Source: Nannocystis bainbridge
Lineage (GTDB): Bacteria; Myxococcota_A; Polyangia; Nannocystales; Nannocystaceae
Direction of reading: 5' to 3'
Length of the DNA: 64,000 bases
NCBI RefSeq assembly: GCF_028368995.1
Contig: NZ_JAQNDL010000004.1
Coordinates: 691,882 to 755,881, forward strand
Below are positions 49,962 to 59,362 of this stretch, piece after piece (within the stretch, counting starts at the first letter, position 1; the number at the start of each line of letters is the position of its first letter). The notes under the pieces were generated by a model. The model was not told where the DNA came from. It saw only the letters and a program-made list of their open reading frames with translations, and did not search any database. Made by a program: the position numbers and the translations under genes.

Positions 49962-51935
49962 TGTTGCTCCGCGCGATCCAACACCGTTGGTCGCGCCGGA
50001 GCAACACCGACGGCCGCGCGCTCGCGCCGAGCAACATCGCCCGCCGGGGGAGCAACACCGACGGCCGCGCGTTCGCGCTGAGCGACAAACGGCCGGACGC
50101 TCGCGCGGAGCAACACCGCCTCGCCGGAGCAACACCGACGCGTGCTCGCGCCGAGCGACATCGCCTCGCCGGGAGCAACACCGACGGCCGGGTGCTCGCG
50201 CCTCGCCGGGAGCAACACCGACGGCCGGGCGTTCGCGTTGAGCAACATCGTCTCGCCGGAGCGCTCGTACATGGCCACCGCCGCGCGCAACGGGCCGACG
50301 AGGGCGGCGCACACAACGCTCGTGCATGGCCACCGCCGCGCGCAGCGGGCCGACGTGCGCGCCGGCGTCGTGCCCTATGGCGGCCCCTGCGGTGCCGGCC
50401 TCGGTCTGCACGGCAGCTTCCAGCTGTTGGCCCGAGGTATTGGCCGCCCCGGACGCTGTTGCTCCGCGGAGGGAGGTGTTGGCCGCGCGCGAGGCTGTTG
50501 CTCCGCGCGACGGCGGGGCCACGCCAGCGCGTGTGTTGCGGCCGGGGGCGTCGGTGAGATGTCAGCGAGGCGGAGGTGTTGGCCGCCGCGCAGGCTGTTG
50601 CGCCGCGCAGGGACTGTTGCCGCCGGATGTTTCGCCCGACAGCGGGGCCCGCCAGAACCAAACTAGCGACGGCCGACGTCGCGCCGAAGAAGATCGAGTC
50701 GCCGCACGAGGGCGCACGGCCGAAACCAACCGACGCGACGTGCAAGCGAATCGGGAAGACGCCGTCGAGGCGCCAAAGCGCCTGCATAGACGTCCCGGGC
50801 GCTACCACGGCCGACCTCGACGTCGTTCGCTCGGCGCGCGTGGGGTCGCCGACTGTTGCTCGGGGCGCGGCACGAGGTGTTGCTCGATGCGCGGGGTGTT
50901 GATTGTGGTGTTGCTCGGCGCGCCGGAGGTGTTGTTCGGCGCGCGGGTGAACGCCGGCTGTTGCTAGCGATGCTGCTCGGCGCGCGGTGTTGCTCGCGGT
51001 GTTGCTCGGCGCGTGGGGGGGCTCGGTGCGGGTGCTCGCCGGCTGTTGCTCGGCGCACAGATCGACGCGCGGTGTTGCTCGGGCGCGCGGCATTGTTCTG
51101 CGCGGGTGCTCGCCGGCTGTTGCTCGCCGGGCTGCTGGCGCGAGGTGTCTCTCCGTGCGGGCGTTACTCGGCGCAGCTCGGGCCGGGGTGTTGTTCGCGG
51201 CGTTGCTCGGTGCCCGGGGTGTTGCTCGCGGTGTTGCTCGGCGCGCGGGTGTTGTTCGGCGCGCGGGTGTTCGCCCGGCTGTCGCTCGCCGCGCAGCTCG
51301 GCGCGCGGGTGTTGCTCGCGGTGTTGTTCAGGCGCGCGGCGTTGCTCGGGGCGCGGGCGATCGGCGGCCACTCGCCGCGCAGCTCAGCGCGCGAGGTATT
51401 GCTCGGCGTGTGGGTGTTGCCCGCCACGCAGCTTGGGTCGAGGTGTTGCTCGGGGCGCGGGGCGTTGCTCGGGGCGCGGGCGACCGCCGGCTGTTGCTCA
51501 GCGCGCTGCTCGGCGCGCGGGTGAGCGTCGGCTGCCGTTCGGCGCGCAGCTCAGCGCACGGGTTGTTGTCTGCGGCGTTGCTCGGAGCACGCGGGTGTTG
51601 CTCGGCGCGCGGGTGATCGCCGGGTGTCGCTCGGCGCGCGGGTGTTGCTCGGCGCGCGGGTGTTGCTCGGCGTGTGCGGGGTGTTGCTCGTCCCCCTAAA
51701 TTTGGGCTAGACAAGGTCCCTCAACCACATTCCGCGCTTATCGTGGCCCATATTTATTGCTTATTTCATGAGTCGAAATATGGTCGAAAGGCCAGGCCGA
51801 GCGCAGCTTGCCGAAGATCGCCGGAGCGGAACAACGCGCTCGGGATAGCTCGGTGGAGCAACACCCTGCACGCGAACACGCGCCGAGCAATACTGCACGC
51901 GCGTCGAGTAACAGCCGCGCGCGGAACAACGGCAC
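49962..51935. repeat. Array of dozens of TGTTGCTC(G)/GAGCAACA motifs in three orientation blocks
   Basis: About 10 GAGCRACA at 49999-50247. Roughly 40 TGTTGCTCG-like copies at 50420-51691, with the 18-bp unit GGTGTTGCTCGGCGCGCG near the end. About 5 reversed degenerate copies at 51826-51935. Counts made by eye. Confidence 0.9.
50657..50829 (+). pseudogene. Degenerate duplicate of the kinase 3' region (48541-48782)
   Basis: TKLATADVAP..SPHEG..DVPGATTADLDVVR; 24-bp identity between 50806-50829 and 48759-48782. Confidence 0.85.
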
Positions 51936-52036
51936 GCGCGCCTTGCACCCCGCACGCCTCCCTGTCGTCACCCCCTGTTGTGCCGTCGGACGAACAGCCC
52001 TTGTCGGCCGCCCGGCCCGGCCTATGCTCGTGCTCC

Positions 52037-53029
52037 ATGGGAACGCGGCGATGGTTCATGGACCTGGACGCATGGATGCGCCGGGCGGGTTTGAGTAAGG
52101 AGGCGGTAGCGAGAACGTCTGGGCACAAGACAGCGCACGTGCTGGCGCTGTTCGACGAACCGGACCCGAACCCTTCGCTGCGTCTCTACCTCGATCTGGT
52201 CCAGGCGGCCGGCGCCCAGCTAATCGGGGTGCGGGACAACACGCCCCGCGCCGTGATCGAGCGTCTCGCGAGTATCACCCGCGAGAACGAGATCACGATG
52301 TCCGCGCTCGCACGCGCTTCGAATGTTAACCGGCCGCAGCTCAGCACCCTGTTCAACGACCCCGAGCCGAACCCGAAGCTGGCGATTATCGATCGCATCG
52401 TTGTTGCCCTGGAGGCCGAACGGGACTTGGGACTCATGGGAGCAGCTCCGGACGCGAATGAAGTCGAGAGCGACGAGGACGACGACGACGACAGCCAGGA
52501 GAATGAGGACGGCGACGCGGACGATGATGGCCAGGAGAACGAGGACGGCGACGAGGACGACCGGGACGAGGACGGCCAGGACGACGAGGACGACGAGGGC
52601 GACGGCGCCGGCGGGGACGACGACCAGGACGACGAGGACGACGGCTACGCCGACGACGACGGCCAGGACGACGAGGACGACGGCGGCGGGGACGACGACG
52701 GCCGGGGCGACGAGGACGACGGCGACGCCGACGACGACGCCCAGGACGACGAGGACGACAGCGACGCGGACGGCCAGGATGACGAGGACGACGACGAGGA
52801 CGAGGACGGCGGCGAGGATGAGCTCGACGAAAGCCGCGGCGGCGGTTTCGAGATTTCGGTGCAGGTGCTTAGCGAGCAGAATCTGGCCTTGCAGCGACAG
52901 GCTCTGATCGACGAAGTCGAGATTCGCGCGCTGAAGAAGCGAAGCCGCTGGAACGCGTTTAAGGTGGTCGCTGGCGCTGTTCTCGGTGCCGGCGTCGCGG
53001 CTGCTGTGCTGAAGCGTCGCAAGGAGTAG
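52037..53029 (+). CDS. Tandem XRE-type HTH protein with long Asp/Glu tract, short coiled coil and C-terminal membrane anchor
   Basis: MGTRRWF.. paralog of 49018-49920; ~120-aa D/E/G low-complexity tract; tail VVAGAVLGAGVAAAVLKRRKE. Confidence 0.85.
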   Translation: MGTRRWFMDLDAWMRRAGLSKEAVARTSGHKTAHVLALFDEPDPNPSLRLYLDLVQAAGAQLIGVRDNTPRAVIERLASITRENEITMSALARASNVNRPQLSTLFNDPEPNPKLAIIDRIVVALEAERDLGLMGAAPDANEVESDEDDDDDSQENEDGDADDDGQENEDGDEDDRDEDGQDDEDDEGDGAGGDDDQDDEDDGYADDDGQDDEDDGGGDDDGRGDEDDGDADDDAQDDEDDSDADGQDDEDDDEDEDGGEDELDESRGGGFEISVQVLSEQNLALQRQALIDEVEIRALKKRSRWNAFKVVAGAVLGAGVAAAVLKRRKE

Positions 53030-53098
53030 TAGGCAGCATCGGGTCTAACGACGACGCCCGTGACGAGGTCATGGGGGCATCGTCGCGGGCGGGGTCAG

Positions 53099-54715
53099 CT
53101 ACACCGAGGCCGTGGCCTCGACCGCCGTGGCATCGATCGCGCCCATGCTCTGCCGCTGCTTGGCGCGCGGGGGCCGGCGGGCTGGCTCCCGCCCGACCTC
53201 GGCCGGCGGCAGGTCCATGGCCGCGGCGATGTGTTCCCAGGTGCCATCACTGCACCATCGCTCATACCAGCGCCACGACGTTGTGGCCGCGCCGTGCTCC
53301 TTCGGTAACTCGCTCCACTTCGCGCCGGTGTGTAGGACCCAGCGGATCGCGTCGACCGTGCGGCGGAGATCGGTGCGGGGTCCACCGCAGCGCCCCCGGG
53401 TGCCCTCGACCATCGCCGCGATCCGGCTCCACTGCGCATCACTCATCGACACGAAGGGGGCCGGCGGGGTCGGCGGGAGCGCGGCGATCGGCTGTGCTGC
53501 TTCCACGATCCGGTCGGTCGCGGTCTCGAGCGCCTGGCGCAGGTAATCGTCCGCGAGGTGCGTGTAGCGCTTGGTGGTCCGGTCTTGCTTGTGGCCGAGC
53601 AACTTCCCGACCGTGCTGAGTGTCGCGCCACTCATGAGCGCGTCGCTGGCGAACGAGTGCCGGAGGTCATGCAACCGGACGTCGGGGATCCCGGCGGCCT
53701 TGCGGATGTTGTCCCAGGTGTGATTGATGCCGCGCAGACGTTTGCCGTTCCGTGTGCACAGCACGTACCCCGTGCGCGGGTTGCCGGCTTGATCGTGGAT
53801 ATGCTTCAGGAGACCCAGCACGCGGCTGGAGACGGGTACCTTGAGCTGTCCGGTCTTGGTGTCCGGCAGGTTCAGGAGCGAGTGTTGCCAGTCGACCATG
53901 GCCCATGTGAGCGTGAGGATCTCATCGCGCCGACGCCCAGTGAGCGCGAGCAGATCGATCGCCCACACGCTCACCAGCTTGAGGTGGCCCTTGCGTGGGG
54001 CGGGGATCTTGAGGCCCGCGAGGATCACCGCTTGCACGCGCTGTCGCTCCTCCGGAGTCAGGAAGCGCTCGCGCTCCGGGATGGTGAAGTGCCGGATCTT
54101 GTGCGCCGGGTTGCGGATATCGGCGAGCTCCCAGTCCTCCGTGATCCGCGTGTACAGGCTGCTGATCACGCAGAGCATGAGGTTCGCCGCGCCGGGCCGA
54201 TCCTTCATCGCGGTGTGAAGCTCGGCTACTTCTGCCTTGGTGATGCTCCGGTAGTTGCGATCCCCGAGCTTCGGCACGATCACCGTCTCGAGCGCGTGCT
54301 TGTAGTTCACGGCGGTACCTGCCTTAAGGTGCGCGTCGACGTGCGTGCGGATGAATCGCTTGGCGAGCTCACGAATCGTGTCCGCCTCGCACGGCGACGA
54401 TTCCACCTGTTTCAGACGAGCGCGCTTGCCCGCGGCCGCACGGCCGGAATGTACAGTGTCGCCCGGCTCGTTCGCGTCCGCGGCTGCGTTAGTGAGCATG
54501 ACAGCCGCCCGTCGCCGCGCCTCGTCAATCGACAGAGTGGGTCCGAGCAGTCCGATTTTCTGGCGGTGATCCTTGCCGTCCACTCGGAAGCGAACCAGCG
54601 CGACTTTCTTCCCCGTGGGCAGGACCCGCAGCAGGAAGCCCGGCAGGGCATCGCAGGTTACTTCGTACATCTTCGCGCGAGGCTTGCAGTCGCGCACGAA
54701 CGCAGCAGTGATCAT
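53099..54715 (-). CDS. Tyrosine integrase (arm-binding, core-binding and catalytic domains) with C-terminal DUF4096-like domain
   Basis: PGFLLRV..GKK..IG arm-binding domain; catalytic TGRRRDEI, DTKTG, HDLRH, LLGH and TKRY; tail MSDAQWSRI..DLRRTVDAIRWVLHTGAKWSELP..RWCSDGTW. Confidence 0.92.
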   Translation of the reverse strand: MITAAFVRDCKPRAKMYEVTCDALPGFLLRVLPTGKKVALVRFRVDGKDHRQKIGLLGPTLSIDEARRRAAVMLTNAAADANEPGDTVHSGRAAAGKRARLKQVESSPCEADTIRELAKRFIRTHVDAHLKAGTAVNYKHALETVIVPKLGDRNYRSITKAEVAELHTAMKDRPGAANLMLCVISSLYTRITEDWELADIRNPAHKIRHFTIPERERFLTPEERQRVQAVILAGLKIPAPRKGHLKLVSVWAIDLLALTGRRRDEILTLTWAMVDWQHSLLNLPDTKTGQLKVPVSSRVLGLLKHIHDQAGNPRTGYVLCTRNGKRLRGINHTWDNIRKAAGIPDVRLHDLRHSFASDALMSGATLSTVGKLLGHKQDRTTKRYTHLADDYLRQALETATDRIVEAAQPIAALPPTPPAPFVSMSDAQWSRIAAMVEGTRGRCGGPRTDLRRTVDAIRWVLHTGAKWSELPKEHGAATTSWRWYERWCSDGTWEHIAAAMDLPPAEVGREPARRPPRAKQRQSMGAIDATAVEATASV

Positions 54716-54738
54716 GAACCCCTACCTTCCACCTCTAG

Positions 54739-54853
54739 TTTTCGAGACAAAATCGGGCCAAGCAAGCGGCCCACGGGACCTGTCCGAAAGTGCACAATCT
54801 GGCGCGCAGCGCCGCGCAGAGCGGTTTCAGGACATAGGTACCATATTGGTGAT
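54739..54853. other. Element right end (att core and arm-type site)
   Basis: TTTTCGAGACAAAATCG at 54739 matches the left-end motifs; core TTGGTGAT at 54846-54853 within CATAT-TGGTG-ATATG. Confidence 0.85.
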
Positions 54854-56911
54854 ATGATAAGTGTGCTGATTCCACACGCGGCGGGTGCGGACCCACGAGC
54901 CGTTGGCGCTGCCGAAGATCCGGATGCCGGACTGGCGGGTGTTGTTGTCGGGGCAGGTGACGCCGTAGGCGTTGCTGGCGACGACGATGTCGGCCTGGCC
55001 GTCGTTGTCGACGTCGGCCACCAGCGGGTACTCCCACAGGGTGCCGGTGGTGTTGCAGGTGCTCGGGATCAGGTTGGTGCCGGTCTGACCGTCGTACATC
55101 CAGAGGTGGTACTCGTCGGAGTAGATGACCTCGGCCTTGCCGTCGCCGTTGAAGTCGAACACCGACGAGCCGGTCACCGCGGACGAGCAATCGTGGGTGG
55201 TCTTGAACCACAGGTCGATGTCGCTGTTGGCGACGGCGGGGTCCATCATCAGCTTGCCGCTGAAGACGATGTAGCCGACGGCCCCGGCGGCGCCGACGTC
55301 GGGCACGCCGTCGCCGTCGAAGTCGGCGACGGTCGGCGGGCCGCCGCCGTACTCGTTGGCGGCGTTGCAGAACACCTTGGTCGAGATGCCGTCGTTGATG
55401 TCGACGCCCTTGCGCAGCACCTGGGCGCCGTCGGGGCTGTTCATGTCGTAGCGCACGACTTGCATGGTGTGCGGGCCGCCGCTCGAGATGATGACGACCT
55501 CGGGCTGGCCGTCGAGGTCGAAGTCGCCGACGCCGTGGTAGCCGCCGACGATGGCGTTGGGGCCGCTGCGCAGGTCCCACAGGATGTCGCCGTCGGCCCG
55601 GTAGGCGCGCTGGCCGTCGGTGACGTCGAGGAAGCCGTCGCCGTCGAGGTCGCTGAGGCCAGTGAGGCGCTGCCCCCAGCTGGTGGCCGGATCGAGCTCG
55701 GTCTTGACGGCGCCGGTGGCCCCGTCGAGGAGGGTGAAGCCGACGAGGACCTCGGGCACGCCGTCCTGATCGACGTCGCCGATCGCCGGCGCCTGGTTGC
55801 CGCAGTGGACCTTGGTGGTGTCAGGCTGGGTCCAGAGGGTGGTGCCGTCGGCGTTGAAGGCGATGACGCCGGTGTTCTGGGCGACCGCGTCGCAGCACGA
55901 GACGCCAGCCGGGCCAGGGTTCATGCAGCCGACGATCTCGGGCACGCCGTCGCCGGTGAGGTCGGCTGCCGCGAGGCCACCACCAGGCTGGACGACGTTG
56001 GGCACGCTGAACTTCTCGACGAGCTGGCCGCCGACGACGGAGACGGCGTGGAGGGTGCCCTGCTTGAAGTAGGCGCCGCCGCTGAAGGTGCTGAAGACGA
56101 TCTCGGGGATGTCCTTCTCGTTGACCTTGCCGTCGCAGTCGTCGTCGTCGAGGTTGATGACGATCGGCGACATCATGACGTCGCTGGCATACGGCGGGGT
56201 GACCTGGCCGCCCCAGGCGTGCTTGAGGACGATGCCGAAGTCCTGGACCGGCGGGACGACCTCGCATTTGGGGAGGCAGGTGATCGGCTCGCCCTCCATC
56301 GGCTCGACGCCGTCGGGGCACTCGGGCGGCTGCGGGAGGCACTTGCCGCCGTCGAGCGAGACGCCGCCCATGCACATGGGCGGCTGCTCGGCCTCGCCGA
56401 GGGTATATTCACAGTAGAAGCCGTCAGGGCAATCGGTGGCATCGACGCAGTCGTCGCCGGGGACGACGCACTCCTGGAAGGAGCAGACCTCGCCGAGGCC
56501 GCAGCAGGTGTCGGTGCAGGCCTGGTTGATCGGGCAGCAGGTCTGGCCGACGCAGACGCCGTCCTCGCAGGTGTCGGCGCAGGCGGGGCCCATGTCGGGG
56601 CCGGGGCCGGTGGAGGCGCCCATGGTGGTGTCGGTGACCGTCGCTTCGCCGGAGTCGGTGGTCGGGCCGCTGGCGGCCGTGGTGCCGAGAGTGTCGCCGG
56701 CGGTGCCGGCGGTGTCGGGGCCGCCGGTGGTCGGCGGGACATTGCTGGTACCACCAGTGGTGGGGCCGGTGGTGAGGCCGCCGCTCGCTTCGGTGGCGCT
56801 GGCCCCCGCGGAGTCGGTGCCCGCGCCGCCGTTGTCGCCGCACGCGGCCAGCAAGAACATCGCCCCCATCCGCAGCGCGTGGCGCTGCGAGACCCTCGAA
56901 TTCCTAGGCAT
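54827..56911 (-). pseudogene. 5' part of the interrupted FG-GAP lipoprotein gene (could still make a truncated ~694-aa protein)
   Basis: LLAAC lipobox and FG-GAP repeats collinear with 5410-7767 up to WNQHTYHITN, then MVPMS* read from element DNA. Confidence 0.92.
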
Positions 56912-57220
56912 GCGCCACGAGAGCACGAACCCGCGGCGAGCCGCAAGCGCCGGCGATCGCGGCCGTGCGACTGGGCGCAGGTGCACGCGCGCCGAGGCAG
57001 GGCGGGCCCGCGAGGGGCGGGGCGGTTCCTGTCTGATGGGACAGCCTGTCCCGCATCCGCGGAGCGGGGCGGGATCGACCGCGGCGCGCGGGTTCGTGGT
57101 CCAGGGTGGCACTCACGACGACGCGCAAGCGGCTGCACGCCGTCCAGCGCCGACGCCGCGCCGGAGCGACGGTCGTGGATCAACCTGGCCTTCGGGCCAT
57201 GTGTCACGAATGGCTGGGTT

Positions 57221-57973
57221 TCACTCGAGCCAGTACATCTGCTTGTGCATCAGCGCGGTGTAATGCTGCAAGGCGGCGTCGGCCTTGCGGGCGCCGGTGA
57301 AGGTGGCGACGACGGCGCGGTTGCCGTTGTCGTCCTGGCGCCAGAGCGTGCGGGTCGGCAGATCGAGGGCGGCGAACTCGTCGGCGAGGGCGGCGACGTC
57401 GGTGAGGTCGATGCCGAGAGTCTCGAAGAGATCGCGCAGGGTCTCGAAGGCGTCGTCGGTCGCGGAGGCGCGCACGAGGGTCGGGAAGTTGTCGAAGTCG
57501 GGGTGGTCGAGCGGGCGCTGGAGGATGAACACCCTGCCGGTGCCGGGCGAGGCGAACTGCAGGAATTCGAACCAGCCGAGGCCGTCGAGGACGTGGCGCT
57601 CGGTCTCGAGGTCGAGGCGGGCAGCGAACTTGCGCAGCGGGTCCTTGAGGCCGGCGACCTCGCGGAACGGGCCGGTGATGGTGCCGCGCTGGAGCTGTCG
57701 CAGCGACTCGGCGGCGTCGAGCGGGCGAAAGATGTGCGGGCTGGCGAGGTCGCGGGGCGGGACGCGCGAGTCGGCGTTGCAGAGGTCGTGCAGGGCGTTG
57801 GTGGCGAGCCGATTGGCGACGGCCGGTCCCTCGAAGGTCGAGCCCCAGGCCGCCTGCGCCCAGGCCTGCAGGCCGGCGTGGGTCTCGCTACCGTCGATGA
57901 AGCCGCGCAGGCGCTGGACCAGAGACGCGGTGAGGGTGCGGATCCGGAGGTCGTCAGGGTCCCCGACAGGCAT
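57221..57973 (-). CDS. Hypothetical protein with C-terminal RQDDNGN..HKQ.YW small domain
   Basis: 250-aa GC3-rich ORF; the tail resembles small SPOR-annotated actinobacterial proteins (from memory). Confidence 0.7.
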   Translation of the reverse strand: MPVGDPDDLRIRTLTASLVQRLRGFIDGSETHAGLQAWAQAAWGSTFEGPAVANRLATNALHDLCNADSRVPPRDLASPHIFRPLDAAESLRQLQRGTITGPFREVAGLKDPLRKFAARLDLETERHVLDGLGWFEFLQFASPGTGRVFILQRPLDHPDFDNFPTLVRASATDDAFETLRDLFETLGIDLTDVAALADEFAALDLPTRTLWRQDDNGNRAVVATFTGARKADAALQHYTALMHKQMYWLE

Positions 57974-58403
57974 GCAGGGCGAGGGTACCACGGGGGTCGA
58001 TGCGCAGAGGTGGTATCGCCTGGCTTTTGAGACAGGCAGCGCAGGTGCGCTCGGGGGCGGGGAGAGGTGGTTTGCCGGGTCGCCGCAGCGACGAATGCGG
58101 CGACGGGTCGGCGCCGCTGCGTTGCTCGCTTCACGGAGGAGAACAGGGAGAGCGGGACAGGGGCGTCCTCGCACGCGCGTGAGGGCGCCGCAGGTCGTCC
58201 CGGGTGGGTCGGTGCAGGCGTTCGCCGGAGCTCGTCGCGAGGCCTCAGCGCGGGCTCGGGGGCGCACGAGCGGAGATGGATGGGCGGGCGCCTGGGCGGG
58301 CGCCCAGTGAGATGTCCTTTCGGCCATGTCGTCAGGCGCGAATCCTCGGGCGGCGAAGTGGCGCTTGACGTGGGGTCGGCCGATCACGCATTGGTTCGGC
58401 GTG

Positions 58404-59282
58404 ATGTCTTTCCATGCGTCCCCGTGGCTATCGTCGTTGGTCTCGTTCTGTCTGTGCGCGCCGTTTTTGACGGCCTGCGGGGGCGACGAGGAGTCGGGGG
58501 CGCCGCCGATCGGGCCGATCCAGCAGGTGTCGTTCGAGGTGATTCCGACGCCGCTCTACGAGCTGGGGATGCTCGACCTTACGCTCGAGAACGCGAGCTA
58601 CGAGCAGCGCGAGGCGTTCACGGTCGAGGTCCGCGACGCGATGGTGCCCGACGTGGTCGCGCTGGTCGGGCTGGCGGATCAGATGCTCGACACGGAGCTG
58701 ACGCCGGGCGGGTTCCAGCGGGTGACGAACCCGTCGCTGCAGACGCGGCTGATGGCGAGCGGCTCGCAGGTCGAGACGCTGGCGGCGGGCCTGGGCTACG
58801 TGTTCAGCCAGTGGAGCGTGCTGGTGGCCGATTTTGCGGCGGAGGACGGCGGGACGGGCTACGCGGTGGTGTCGTTCGACGTGGCGCAGGTCGACCCCGA
58901 GCTCGGGCAGGCGTTCTTCGACCACGCGGCCGATGTCGACGCGGGCCTCGGCGGCGGCTACTTCGCGTTCGCGTCGGAGGTCATCTACCTCAACCTGCGC
59001 GGGCCCGACGGCGAGCCGTACAGCGGGCTGGATGACGACTCGTTCGTGGCGGCGGTCGAGGACGCCGCCGACAGCTTCGCGCCGTACAAGGCAGAGCTGG
59101 CGCAGGCGGGCGAGGCGGGGGTGATCTTCGTCGAGAACGACTGGAAGACCGCGCCCGCCGGCGAGGATTATTTGGCGGTGCTGGATCCGCTGGGGGAGGC
59201 GGCGCTGGCGGAGCTGGCAGAGCTGCAGGACGAGCACGTCGAGCGCTTCAAGGCCGCGGTCGAGAATTACGGCTGGCAGTGA
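58404..59282 (+). CDS. Acidic lipoprotein of unknown function
   Basis: FLTAC lipobox and GC3-rich codons. Confidence 0.75.
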   Translation: MSFHASPWLSSLVSFCLCAPFLTACGGDEESGAPPIGPIQQVSFEVIPTPLYELGMLDLTLENASYEQREAFTVEVRDAMVPDVVALVGLADQMLDTELTPGGFQRVTNPSLQTRLMASGSQVETLAAGLGYVFSQWSVLVADFAAEDGGTGYAVVSFDVAQVDPELGQAFFDHAADVDAGLGGGYFAFASEVIYLNLRGPDGEPYSGLDDDSFVAAVEDAADSFAPYKAELAQAGEAGVIFVENDWKTAPAGEDYLAVLDPLGEAALAELAELQDEHVERFKAAVENYGWQ

Positions 59283-59362
59283 GACCCGCCGGGCGCGCGG
59301 GTGCGGCTCGAAAAATTTTCGAGGCCGGTCACGTTCGGCCGGGTCGGCGGGTCTTCGTGGGC

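Larger units (their letters stand above)
24014..54853. mobile_element. 30.8-kb integrative element (tyrosine integrase) inserted in an FG-GAP lipoprotein gene
   Basis: Direct-repeat core TTGGTGAT at 24014-24021 and 54846-54853. Split host gene rejoins in frame, the integrase lies next to the right end, and TTTTCGAGACA occurs at both ends. Confidence 0.9.

Noticed and set aside
50657-50829. DGR template repeat for the kinase C-terminus
   Set aside because: Differences are not confined to adenines, include indels, and no intact reverse transcriptase is present.
49962-51935. CRISPR array
   Set aside because: Repeats are only 8-18 bp, spacing is irregular, the intervening sequences are themselves repetitive, and there are no cas genes.
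53099-53450. Independent IS5 insertion
   Set aside because: No DDE domain, terminal inverted repeats or target duplication seen; the segment is in frame with the integrase.
24014-54853. Prophage or conjugative ICE
   Set aside because: No capsid, terminase, tail, T4SS or relaxase genes are recognisable, so it is called only an integrative element.
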